The notes beneath the pieces were generated by a model. It did not search any database. It was given only the letters and a program-made list of their open reading frames with translations, and had not been told where the DNA came from. A stretch of DNA of 62,194 nucleotides, the filler included, from Chiloscyllium plagiosum (taxonomy: Eukaryota): assembly GCF_004010195.1 (NCBI RefSeq). It is 4 parts of one record of this genome, joined end to end, with 100 filler letters (N's around TTAATTAATTAA, not from the genome) between each part and the next. Parts side by side here need not be neighbours in the genome. Positions count along the whole stretch, not along the records: positions 24,097 to 55,348 come from NC_057714.1; 3 more parts are not named here. One strand, 5' to 3'. Below are positions 33,721-46,029 of the stretch, one piece after another (position 1 is the first letter of the stretch; each line of letters begins with the position of its first letter). The position numbers and the translations under genes are program-made.

Positions 33721-35524
33721 CTGTACAGATAGTTTACTGCTGACCAAAGGGGTGAGGATGAAAAGTCTTGGGTGTAATTACATCACAAACCCCGTCTTTC
33801 TCCCGTACAGAGATAAAAAACAGATGCTGTCCATCTTTTCTGAACAAGAGAGAGTCTGTGTCCTTTGTTAAGTTTTACTTTCCTTTCAAACTCTTTGACG
33901 TCTGTTTCCCCAGATTTTAAAACGTATTGTGAGATAACTTTGTTCTGGACAATTACTTTTCCTAATTTCCAATTTTCCCTATTTCTTGGGGCATCATGTC
34001 ACACCAATGAACATTTTAAGCTGAACAAATCTTATCCACTGAAATTAAAGATTCATCCATATGTTACAATAATATTTGGAAGTTCACATCTGGCCAGAAA
34101 ATGGAATTCCAAACATGATAATTCCATGATAAAGGTTCTGAAATTAACCATTTACCCTGGACTCTTTCCTCAAACTAAACACAACACAGATAGTGCAGTG
34201 TCGACAATGTGGTGCTGGAAAAGTACAGCAGGTCAGGCAGTATCTCAGGAGCAGGAGAATCGGCGTTTCGAGTATAAGCCCTTTCATCGAGGGCCGAAGG
34301 GCCTGTCCTGCACTGTATTAATCTATCATTATCAACAGACAGAGTATTATCTGTTATGTCAATATTTCCTTCTCCAATTGACTTTATTCAGTTGATTCCA
34401 AGAAGTAAACTTCTACTATACATTTGAGAAACAAATTCTAAATCAATATTTTGTCGCAGGTTTATCTTTTATACAACCACTGATCATTCCTAAAAGGAAC
34501 ACACACCACATTGTCATGCATTTCCAACATATAAACTAAAATTCAAACTATCCCCAGATCTCATGTACAGGCGACAAAAACATACAAATTATACAAGACA
34601 TCACTTAACAGCTAACAAATATGACTCTGTGAATGGAAACACATGCCAACCAGACATGAATGGTTAACACAGTTCAGGGACGATGGATGCTCGAATTCCC
34701 ATGCACACAGGAAAGATTTATAATCTTGATCATGCGCAAAAAGTCGTTTCTTTGTCTCTTCTACAAGTTGTTTTCGTTTTAACTTTCTCCCGATCTCAGT
34801 TTTTAGCTTTCTGCTTATCTGTTGCTTGTTGAGAGAGTGAGATGTACAAACAGTTTTACATCCAATGATTCACATTGCAGAACCAGCAGTGATGACATGT
34901 GGCCTGATACCGCAGTTATCTCGGCTGGGTCAATCAGCTGCTGCCTGATGAGTTTCTCTGTTGATTCTTCAGGGACTGCTACTACCAGCCCGAACGGCAT
35001 TACTTTGGACATCTTTTGTTTCCCTACTCTCACTTGTTGTTAGTTGGTGAAGTACTAATATTAATATCTACTTTGTCTCTGCGCCCACCGCCCCCCCCCC
35101 CCCCCCCCCCCAGACCACACACGCTCTTTGGAAACGAGGTGGTTTGAGGGGTTCCAATTAGCTTTAACGATTTGATCAATTTGTTTGTTGTTTGGTTGAC
35201 CCCAATCCGGTCCCACTTGATGTCATTCTTTCCCTGCGTTCAGCCATCATTACCCCATCATTACCCCATGTGGGGATATCACCTCTTGGTGCCTATTTAC
35301 CCCAGCAGCTGACACCAGTACATCCAATACTTTCCCAATTCACTTTTTCCGAATTTCTCGCGCAGTTTCCCTGCGTTTCCAAATTTCTGGATATGCTACT
35401 AGACAAGAGAGACTGTCTGTTGCTCCCGGCTCTAGATTAGTGTGAGTTTGCCTTTTCTTCAATCCCTCTCAGGATCTGACCTTTACTCCCTTAGTTCTTC
35501 GGAAGTATAATTTATAATAATCTT

Positions 35525-35845
35525 GGGCAGCACGGTGGCACAGTGGTTAGCACCGCTGCCTCACAGCGCCAGAGACCCGGGTTCAATTCCCGCCTCAGGC
35601 GACTGACTGTGTGGAGTTTGCACGTTCTCCCCGTGTCTGCGTGGGTTTCCTCCGGGTGCTCCGGTTTCCTCCCACATCACAAAGATGTGCAGGGTCAGGT
35701 GAATTGGCCATACTAAATTGCCCGTAGTGTTACGTAAAGGGTAAATGTAGGGGTATGGGTGGGTTTCGCTTCGGCGGGTCGGTGTGGACTTGTTGGGCCG
35801 AAGGGCCTGTTTCTACACTGTAATCTAATCTAATCTAATCTAATT
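35525..35845 (+). mobile_element. HE1-type SINE in ERV-B leader
   Basis: Near-consensus copy with (TAATC)n tail. Confidence 0.9.
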
Positions 35846-35935
35846 TACGTGTGACAATCAGGTAAGTGGCTATCTCCCCCAGCCGTCAGATAGATGTACT
35901 CACCCAGCTAGGAGCCACATAGCTGGTCGTGTCGG

Positions 35936-35953
35936 AGCCTGCTCACAGTGTCA
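35936..35953 (-). promoter_or_regulatory. ERV-B primer binding site, tRNA-Ser-like
   Basis: CA-AT-TGACACTGTGAGCAGG versus complement of vertebrate tRNA-Ser(CGA) 3' end TGGCGCTGTGAGCAGG (two G>A changes). Confidence 0.72.
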
Positions 35954-35955
35954 AT

Positions 35956-36370
35956 TGGTGGAGGGGTTTTGGAAAGATTGAGGCATCAGATTTGAGTTGA
36001 GTGGAACAAGGCGAATTTATTCATGTATCTGTGGGAGAGGTCTCCAAGTCTAGCTCGGACAGACTCTGCCGTTTACAGCTCAAAACAGCATATTAATACA
36101 TTGTCATGTTACAATGGCTACATGCAATACTGCTAAACAAGACAAGATGCAGCTTAGTTTCTTACAAAGTATTAAGACCTCTCCTGTCAACAGGATTTCC
36201 ACTTCTGTGTTGGGTTCAGAGTTTATCTATCCCCACCATCTGCTCTCAGCACCCAGGCTTTCCCATGTGAAATGATAGTTGTGTGACTATCTTAGGCTAT
36301 ACAGATGGCCTGTGAACCCGAAACAACTGCTGACCGTTCCCTCTTCTGGAAACTGTTTCCTTATATGGAC
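35956..36370 (-). repeat. ERV-B 5' LTR (outer boundary uncertain)
   Basis: Adjacent to PBS; minus-strand AATAAA near 36016-36021; homologous to 16574-16672. Confidence 0.7.
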
Positions 36371-37559
36371 GTTGTTTTTATTCATTCGTGGGACTTGAGC
36401 TGAGCTGGTCCAGTATTTATTTCCCATCTCTAACTGCCCTTTAGAAGGTGATGTTGAGCTGCCTTCTGAACGCTGCAGTCCATCTGCTCTTAGCCCAATT
36501 CTCTACTGTTGGCTCTGGGCAGGGAATTCCATCGATTCACAGATTTCCCTGTATCCCATGCCTCCTTTCTTTCTGAATGAGCCTACCGTGGGGAACCTTA
36601 TCAAACGCTTTGCTAAACTCCATGTACACCACATACACTGGTTCTACCTCCGTTAATATGTTTTGCGACATCTTCAACAAATTCAATAAGGTTTGTGAGG
36701 CCCGTCACAAAGCCACACTGACTATCTGTAATCAAGCTATGGTTTTCCAAGGAATCCTAAATCCTGTCTTGCAGAATCCTCTCTAATACACTTGCCACCA
36801 CAGACATAAGACTGACTCATCTGTAATTCCCAGGATTATCCCTATTTCCTTTTTTGAACAGGGGAATAACATTTGCTACCCTTCAGTCATCTGGCACTAC
36901 TCCAGTGGGCAGTGAGGATACAAAGATGATTGCTAAAGGCGCAGCCATCTCTTCCCTCACTTTCTGTACAAATCTAGGGTATATCCTGTCTGGCCAAGGG
37001 GACTTAGCTATCCTTATACTTAGAGTCATAGAGTCATACAGCATAAAAACATACCCTTTGGTCCAACTCGTCCATGCCGACCAGACGATTTTCCTGCTCC
37101 TCGGGTGCTGCCTGACCTACTTTGCTTTTCCATCACCACTCTAATCTAGACATCCAATCTGACCTAGTCTCATTTGGCAGCATTTGATCCATATCCCTCT
37201 AACCACTTTCTGTCCATATGCTCATCCAGATGCCTTTCAAATATCACAATTCCTCACTTCCTCTGGCAGCTTGTGTTTTACAAAATTTTCGGCTAATCCT
37301 CCTTCTTAACATAGGAGGTGAGTTTCCTATTGAGGGTAATTATATCCTGTTAACAGCCTTCTTAACTGTTCATCTCACCTCAATAACATGCAGCTTTTTC
37401 TATCCTAACACGTACCACAAGCAAACCAGAGGTTGAGAATTTTTAACATCTTTAATATTCATTGACGGGGTGTGGGCATCTCTGGGCAGTTGAACATACA
37501 TTTCCTATCTCTAATTGCCCCAAGGGGAGGTGACAGCTTGGTAGTATTGTTGTTGGACT

Positions 37560-37966
37560 GTTAGCCCAAATACCAATCACAAAGGCCAACCTCCCATCTA
37601 CAGAACCCATCTACCAGGCCCACTGTCAAGGAAAGGCCGCCAGCATCCTCAAAGATCCATCCCACCCTGGCAATGTTTGTCTACAACCTCTACCATCGGG
37701 GAGAAGGTACAGAAGCTTGAACACACGCACCAGCCGGTTTCAAAACAGTTTCTACCCTACTGTTGTTAGACACTGAATGGACTCACAAACTCTTAACATT
37801 CGCCTGTACCTGTGTTTTTGTTTTTGCTGCTGTTTCCCACTATCTATGCCACTTAACTCTGTGATCTGCCTGTATTTCTCGCAAGACAAAGCTTTTCACT
37901 CTGCCTCAGTACATGTGACAATAAATTCAATTCAATTCAATTCAATTCAATTCAATTCAATTCAAT
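37560..37966 (+). mobile_element. Rex1/Babar-like LINE 3' end with (TTCAA)n tail
   Basis: KAASILKDPSHPG..LQPLPSGRRYRS-type ending; microsatellite tail 37925-37966. Confidence 0.75.
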
Positions 37967-39304
37967 AATGTTGTGGAGACCCAGGTTCAAATCCTGCCAC
38001 AGCAGATGGCAGAATTTGGATCTAATAATAATCTGGAATTATGAGTCTCATGATGACCATGAAACCATTGTCAATTGTTGGAAAAACTCCATCTGGGTCA
38101 CTAATGTCCTTTAGGGAAGGAAACTGCCATCCTTACCTGGTCTGGCCTACACGTGACTCCAGGCTTAAAAAAAATGTTAAGAGTCACCCACATTGCTGAT
38201 GCTTTTGGAGTTGCATCTAGGCCAGACCAGGTAAGACTTCCTTCTCTGAAGGATGTTAGTGAACCAGAGGGGTTTGTTTTGACAATTGTTTCATGGTCAT
38301 CAATAGTTTTAAATTCCCGACATTTCTTTTAATTGAACTCAAAGTTCGCCATCTGCCGTGGTGGGGTTTGAACCCGTGTCCCCAGAACACTACCTGGGTC
38401 TCTGGATTATTAACGTAGTGATAATATCGGTAGGCCATTGCCTCCTATTCTCGAGCTGGCTGTTAGAGTGGGTCCCTGGTGAGTTCAGCTCACCACAGGC
38501 TGTGAGGAACCTATATGTTGCTCAATGCCAATAGCGTCTCAGACCACAATCCACACACACCTTTTGTCCATGGACATTAGCATCCGACATTTGCCAAACC
38601 TTCACTATCCTCATGGCACCTCCCTGATCCACAGGCTGGTTGGTTTGGAAGCTTTGAAAGGCTTCTGCAAGGACAGTTTGTGCATGACCATGCAACCCAG
38701 CTCAGGGACTGGCCATGGCTGCATCTCAGAGCTGCTCCGTTGGCATTGGCTTGCAGCAGCCACATCGTGTCAGTTAGCACATCCGTACTTCAGCCAGTAC
38801 CAAAGGCTCTCAGTGCTGCTGTACTGACATGCTTACAGACTGACACATGAACACACAGACACACACAAAGACACATACACACACACAGACATGTATACAC
38901 ACCGTCACACGCACAGACGCACACACCAAGTGCATACAGACATGCACAGACACAAACACATGCAGACATATGCACACACACACACACAAACACAAACATA
39001 GACACATGCATACATACACTCTGATAGATTGTTTCCACTGGGATGTCAATCTAACACCTACAGTGTGTGCCAGCTGCCTGTGTAGTGAACACACTGAATG
39101 GTCATTCGGCCAAGTAGTGATGCTGAAATGTGGGTGTTGTGTAGTTCTTTATCCAGCATCCTGGCATGTTGTAGGAAACCTCACAAGTTTAAAAAAGTAT
39201 CTGGATGAGCACTTGAAATGTCATAAAATGTCATGGCTATGGGCTCAGTGGGGGCAAGTGGGATTAGTGCAGACTTAATGTAGTTATGGCGGTACAATCC
39301 TGAT

Positions 39305-41015
39305 GGACATTGGGCTGCTGGAAAATGATGCTGGAGAGTTGGTAACGGAGAACAAAGAAATGGTTGTGGAACTGAATAATTACTTCGCGTCAGTATTCAT
39401 GGTGGAAGACACGAGTAATAAGAGAGTCGGGGTCAGAGCTGGGTCTGGTGGCCATCACCAAGGAGAAGGTGCTAGAAAAACTGAATGGCCTGAAGGTGGA
39501 TAAATCACCTGGAGCAGATGGGCTACAGCCCAGAGTTCTGAAGGAGGTAATGGAAGAGATAGTGAAGGCTTTCATGGCAATCTTTCAGGTATCACTAGAG
39601 TCAAGGAGGGTGCCAGAGGACTGGCAAAACATTAATGTAGCCCCCCTGTTTAAGAAGGGAGCAAGGCAAAACATGGGAATTATAGGCCGATTAGCCTGCC
39701 CTCAGTCACGGGCAAGATTTTGGAGTCCGTTGTGAAGGATGTTCTTTCTGAATACGGTAAAATAGGGCAAAGTCAGCGTGGTTTCATCAAGGGGAGGTCA
39801 TGCCTGACAAATTCGTCAGAATTCTTTGAGGAGGTCATGAACAGGTTAGACCAAGGAGAGCCAATGGATGTTATCTACCTGGAGTTCTAGAAGGCCTTTG
39901 ACAAGGAGGCTGCTAAGTAAGGTAAGGGCCCATGGTGTTAGAGGACAGGTGTTAGCATGGATAGAAGCTTGGGTGTCTGCAGAAGGCACAGAGAGGGGCA
40001 TAAAAGGATCCTTCTCAGGATGGCAGCAGCTGACTTGAGGACCACAATTTTTCACTTGATACTTTAATGATCTAGATGGAGGAACTGAGGGCATTCTGGC
40101 TAAGTTTAGAGATGATACAATGATAGGTGGAGGGACAGGTAGTATTGAGGAGGCAGAGAGGCTGCAGGAAATCTTGGACAGGTTAGGAGAGTGGGCAAAG
40201 AAGTGGCAGATGGATTACAATGTGGGAAAGTGTGAGGGCATGCATTTTGGTAGGAAGAATAAAGGCATGGACTATTTTCTAAATAGGAAGAAAATTCAGA
40301 AGTCTGAAGTACAAAGGGACTTGGGAATTCATGTCCAGTTTCTCTTAAGGTAAAGTTGCAGGTTGAGTTGGTAGTTGGAAAGACAAATACAATGTTGTCA
40401 TTCATCTCAAGAGGACTGAAATATAAAAGCAGGGATGTATCTCAGAGGCTTTGTAAGGCTCTGGTCAGACCATCTTTAGAGCATTGAGAGCAATCTTAGG
40501 CCCCCAAACTACAGGAAATATGTATTGGCCCCGGGGGGGGGGGTCCAGAGGAGGGTCACGAGAATGATTCCAGGAATGAAAGGCCTAACATGAGGAATGT
40601 TTGAGGACTCTGAGACTATACTCAATGGAGGTTAGAAGGATGAGGAGGGATCTGACTGAAACTTTTAGAATGCTGAACGGTCTGGACAGTGTGGATGTTG
40701 GGAAGATGTTTCCATTGGTAGGAGAGATAAAGACCCAAGGGCATACCCTTACAGTAAAGGTAAGACCTTTTAGAATGGAGGTAATTTCAGCCAAAGAGAG
40801 TGGTGAACCTGTGGAATTCACTGCCACAGAAGGCTGTGGAGGCCAGGTCATTAAGTATATTTAAGACAAAAATAGATAAGTTCTTGATTGCCAAGGGGAT
40901 CAAGGGTACAGGAAGAAAGCAGGAAACTGGGGTTGAAAAATGTATCAGCTATGATCGAATGGCAGAGCAAACTTGATGGGCCAAATGGCCTAATCTCTGC
41001 TTCTGTGGTCTTATG
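39305..41015 (+). mobile_element. CR1-type LINE ORF2 remnant
   Basis: LKVDKSPGADGLQPRVLKE, VPEDW...PLFKKG, WAKKWQMDYNVGKC. Confidence 0.88.
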
Positions 41016-41792
41016 GGCCAATAAGCCTCTGCTGTACTCTATAATTCTGTGACCATTTAAATTAATCTAGGCACTGGAAACAACAACAGCAAAAACAGCC
41101 CTGTCGACCCTTCTCACTAACATCCGGGGGCTAGTGCCAACACTGGGAGAGCTGTCTCACAGCCTAGCCAAGCAACAGCCTGACACAGTCGTACTCACGG
41201 ACAGATAATGTCCCAGGCCCCACATCCCCATCCCTGGAAATGTCCTGTCCCACCGGCAGGACAGACCCAGTAGACAGGGCTCCACAGTGGGATACAGTCG
41301 GGAGGAAATCACCCTGGGAGTCCTCAACATTGACTCCGGACCCCAGGAAGTCTCACTGTTTCAGGTTAAACAAGGGCAAGGAACCTCCTGCTGATCACCA
41401 CGTGCCATCCTCCCTCGGCTGATGAATCAGTACTTTGAGGAAGCACTGAGGGTGGTATGGGTACAAAATATATTCTGGGTGGGAGTATGATTGAGCTGGT
41501 CAGGATCTGAAGGAGCTGTAGAAAAAAAGAAAAAAGAAAAAAAAACAGGAGCTGAAATATTGTCCTTTATTTAAAACAGTCATACACAGGGCAGCATGAA
41601 GTGCATAGAAAAATACAAAACGGGCAAGACAGCACAGTAATTCCTGACAAGACAGTAGGCACAGTGGTGGACAAACTACAATGTGACAATGAATGATCAT
41701 TAATAATACATTATTTTGGCAGCAATTCAAAAAGCCAACTGAAAATTGCAAATGGAATAGAGTGTGTTCATACAGTGTTAGGGAGCCTGATG

Positions 41793-42107
41793 GATTAGAT
41801 TAGATAACATTACAGTGTGGAAACAGGCCCTTCGGCCCAACAAGTCCACACCGCCCCGCCGAAGCACAGCCCACCCATACCCCTACATTTACCCCTTACC
41901 TAACACTACGGGCAATTTAGCATGGCCAATTCACCTGACCTGCACATCTTTGGACTGTGGGAGGAAACCGGAGCACCCGGAGGAAACCCACGCAGACACA
42001 GGGAGAATGTGCAAACTCCACACAGTCAGTCGCCTGAGGCGGGAATTGAACCCGGGTCTCTGGCGCTGTGAGGCAGCAGTGCTAACCACTGTGCCACCGT
42101 GCCGCCC
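41793..42107 (-). mobile_element. HE1-type SINE
   Basis: Near-consensus reverse copy. Confidence 0.9.
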
Positions 42108-42139
42108 TCAATGGCATGGGGAAGAAATTATTGCATAGT

Positions 42140-45100
42140 CTCTCCGTGTGAGATGGAATGCACCCCGGAACCTTCTGCCAGATGGCAGGAGGGAGAAGAG
42201 TTTGATTGAAGGATGTGTGGATCAGTGGTGCTGGAAGAGCACAGCAGTTCAGGCAGCATCAAACGAGCAGCTGCTCTTCCAGCACCACTGATCCAGAATC
42301 TGGTGTCCAGCATCTGCAGTCATTGTTTTTACCTGAAGGATGTGTGGGCTCATCCAGAATGCTGTCAGCCTTGCGGATGCAATGTTTAGTGTAAATGTCT
42401 TTAATGGAGGGAAGAGAGACACTGATCTTCTCAGGTGTCCTCACTACGTATTGTACAGTCTTACGATCCGAGACAGTGCAATTCCCGAACCAGGCAGGGG
42501 TGCAGCAGCTCAGGGTACTCTCAATGAACCCTCTGTAGAATGTAGTGAGGATGGGGGCTGGAAGGTGGGCTTTCCTCAGCCTGCGCAGGAAGCAGAGACT
42601 CGGCAGTGCTTTCTTGATTATGGAGCTGGTCTTGAGGGTCCAGGTGAGATTCTGCACCAGGTGGAAGCCAAGAAATTTCGTGCTTTTCATGATCTCCATG
42701 GGGGAGCCTTCGATGTCCAGAGGTGAGTGATCACTGTGCCATTCTGAGGTCAGCGATCATCTCTTTTGTCTTGTCATCTCTGTTGTTGGCTCTGCACCAG
42801 TCTATGAGCCACTGCTCCTCCTCTCTGTATGCTGACTCATCGTTTCATGCTAATGACACCCACGTCCAGGCGTGTGATCAGTGAACCTGATGTGATTCGA
42901 GCTGTGTGTCGCTGCACAGTTGTGTGTCAGCAGGTGAACAGCAGTGGCCTGAGCACACAGCCCTGGGGGGACCCCCGTGCTCAGTATGATGGTGCTGGAG
43001 ACTGAGGGCTCCCATTGAGGAAGTCCAGGAGCCGGTTACAGAGGGAGGTATTTAGGCCCAGCAGACTCAGCTTTCCAATCAGGTGCTGAGGAATGTTGGT
43101 GTTAAATGCAGAGCTGAAATGTATGAACAGTAATCTGATGTAGGTGTCCTTCTCCAGGTGGGTGAGAGTCAGATGGAGGGTGATGGAAATGGCATCTGTT
43201 GAGCAGTTGGGATGATACGTGAACTGCAGGGTGGCCTATAAGGGGGGCAGCAGGGTTTTAATATGCCACATCACAAGCCTCTTGAAACATTTCATGATGA
43301 TGGGTGTTAGTGCAGCAGGACGCTGTATTGAGACAGGACGCTGAAAACTTCTTCTGCTCTGGGACGACAGTAGCGACTTTGAAGCACATTGGAACTATGG
43401 TGCACCTCAGGGAGAGCATGTCAGAGCATCCTCTGAGCTCTCTGTCAGGGATGTTACCTGGTCCAGCAGCCTTACCTGGGTTGACTCTGCATCGGGTTTT
43501 CCTCACATCGGCCGTGGGAAGACACAACACCTGGTCATTGGGAGGGAGTTGGACTTCCTCGCTGCCACATCATTTTGCGCCTCAAACCGTGCATAAAGAT
43601 TGTTCAACTCATCCAGGAGGGAGGTGTCACCAGCACAAGCAGGCGATGCTGTTCTGTGATTGGTGATGGCCTGAATACCCTTCCACGTGCTCCGCGTATT
43701 GCCACTGTCCTGAGAGTGGCTGTGTATTCCCTGTAGGTGTGCACGCTTTGCCTTTTTGATGGCCTGGGTCAGGTTGGCACTCACTGTTGTTAGGGCCGCC
43801 TTGCCATCTGCTCTGAAGGCAGAATCACGGGTCCTCAGCAGCTCACACATCTTTGTGGTCATCCACGGCTTCTGGTTGGGGCTTCTGGTTGTGGGTGGCA
43901 CAGTGGCACAGTGGTTAGCACTGCTGCCTCACAGCGCCAGAGACCCGGGTTCAATTCGCGCCTCAGGCGACTGTCTGTGTGGAGTTTGCACGTTCTCCCC
44001 GTGTCTGCGTGGGTTTCCTCCGGGTGCTCCGGTTTCCTCCCATAGTCCAAAAATGTGCAGGTCAGGTGAATTGGCCATGGGAAATTGCCTGTAGTGTTAG
44101 GTGCAGCAGTAAATGTAGGGGAATGGGTCTGGGTGGGTTGCGCTTTGGCGGGTCGGTGTGGACTTGTTGGGCTGAAGGGCCTGTTTCCACATTGTAAGTA
44201 ATCTAATCTAAGAAGTGATGGTCTTAAACACAGTGACGTTGTCAATACACTTGCTAATGTAGCAATTCAGCAATACCGTGTACTCCTCTAAGCTGAGTCA
44301 CCATCGGTTGCCACCTCCCTGAACACACACCAGTCAGTGCGCTCAAAACAGTCTTGAAGAGCAGAAATGGCTTCTGCCAGCCAGGTGTACACCTGCTTCA
44401 GAACCAGTTTGACGTGTCTGACGAGCGGTCTGTAAACCGGGATTAGTATAACGGATGTGGTCTGAGGAGCCGAGGTGGGTCAGGGCTCTGCCCTGTCTGC
44501 GTTGGGGATGTTTGTATAAACCAGATCCAGTGTATTCCCCCCTCTCATCACAAAGTCAAAATGCTGATGGAATTTAGGGAGCACAGTCTTGAGATTCACC
44601 TGGTTAAAATCACCAGCAACAATAAACAGGCGAAAGTAAGCGCTGCAGCTGCTGGAGATCAGAGTCAAAGAGGGTGGTGCTGGAAAAGCACAAGCTGGTC
44701 AGGCAGCATCCGAGGAGCAGGAGAATCGACATTTCAGGTGTGCGTTCTGCAGCCCAATACAGTTCACACCGTGCCTCCTTAGCATTGGCACAGGGAGGAA
44801 TATACACCCTGACTATAAGGACAGCAGTAAACTCCCGTGGCAAATACATAGATCTGCATCTAACAATATCAAACTCCACCAGTGATGAGCAGTAGCTGGA
44901 GACGAGCAGAGTCCTTGCACCATTCTGTGTTGATGTAGACACAGACTCCCACCCCGAGCCTTACTGCACAGAGCTGCATTTCTGTCAGCATGAAACAAGG
45001 CGAGCCGGTCTAGCTGGATGGCGGTGTCTGGAACTCTGTCACTGAGCTATGTTTCCATGAAAACCAGGATGCAGCAGTCTCTGAACTCACAGAGAAACCT

Positions 45101-45397
45101 GCCTCAGATGGATGCAGACCAACCTGTTGTCCAGGGAGCAGACACTGGAGAGCAGAATGGGTGGGAGAGCTGGCCGGCTAGGGTTTGCTTTTAGCCTAAT
45201 ACGAACTCCTGCCTGCCTTACCCCGCTTCCCCTTCCTTGTACACCGCTTCTAATGTTTCAACACCCGGCCACTGGCATCAGGCGAGGCTGAGGACTGAAG
45301 GCCTGGTCTCCGCAGCGAGCCAAGATCATGTAACTTCTTCAACAGCTCTCCATTCGGGTTTGTTTTTGGCTGGATCCTGGACTGGAGCAGTGTTTGC
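42140..45397 (-). mobile_element. Rex1/Babar LINE, near full length, decayed; nested HE1 SINE (+, ~43892-44210)
   Basis: VYIPP, VAGDFNQ.NLKTVLP, NTLDLVYTN, NQKPWMT, KAAGPGNIP, FLRRLRKAHLP...FYRG.IES.LS.C...WFGNCT. Confidence 0.88.
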
Positions 45398-45772
45398 GTG
45401 GACTTGTTGGGCCTAAGGGCCTGTTTCCACACTGTAGGGAATCTAAAATATTATTGGTAACTGAACCAGCTGCTTCTCCAATCCTTGCGGTACACTGCAA
45501 GACAAGTATGGCAGCACAGCAGCAGCTCGCAGCGGCCTCTCCTGATCTTGGGCTATTTAAAGTTCAGTTTTCTGTTCCTGTTCCTCCTGTGCCTTTAGAA
45601 AACTGAACTTTAAATAGCCCAAGATCAGGAGAGGCCGCTGCGAGCTGCTGCTGTGCTGCCATACTTGTCTTGCAGTGTACCGCAAGGATTGGAGAAGCAG
45701 CTGGTTCAGTTACCAATAATATTTTAGATTCCCTACAGTGTGGAAACAGGCCCTTAGGCCCAACAAGTCCAC
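45398..45772. repeat. 176-bp inverted repeat with 23-bp spacer
   Basis: 45398-45573 reverse-complements 45597-45772; no mismatch seen by eye. Confidence 0.92.
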
Positions 45773-46022
45773 ACTGGCCCTCCGAAGGGCAACCCACCCA
45801 GACCCATTCACCTACCTTCACCCCTGACTAATGCACCCAACTCTATGGGCAATTTCCCATGGCCAATTCACCTGACCGGCACATCTTTGGATTGTGGGAG
45901 GAAACCCACACAGACACAGGGAGAATGTGCAAACTCCACACAGACTGTCACCCGAGGCTGGAATGGAACCTGAGTCCCTGGCGCTGTGAGGCAGCAGTGC
46001 CAACCACTGAGCCACTGTGCCA
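45722..46022 (-). mobile_element. HE1-type SINE
   Basis: Reverse SINE consensus. Confidence 0.85.
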
Positions 46023-46029
46023 CGATTGT

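Larger units (their letters stand above)
16574..36370 (-). mobile_element. ERV-B: old, decayed endogenous retrovirus with F-like env; hosts ERV-A and many TE insertions
   Basis: Homologous LTR ends at 16574-16672 and 35956-36060; PBS; splice donor; integrase pieces; env pieces homologous to ERV-A env. Right boundary approximate. Confidence 0.8.

Noticed and set aside
32715..35500. Precise gag/pro/RT calls for ERV-B
   Set aside because: Position fits, but motifs are too decayed to assign by eye; needs frameshift-aware alignment.
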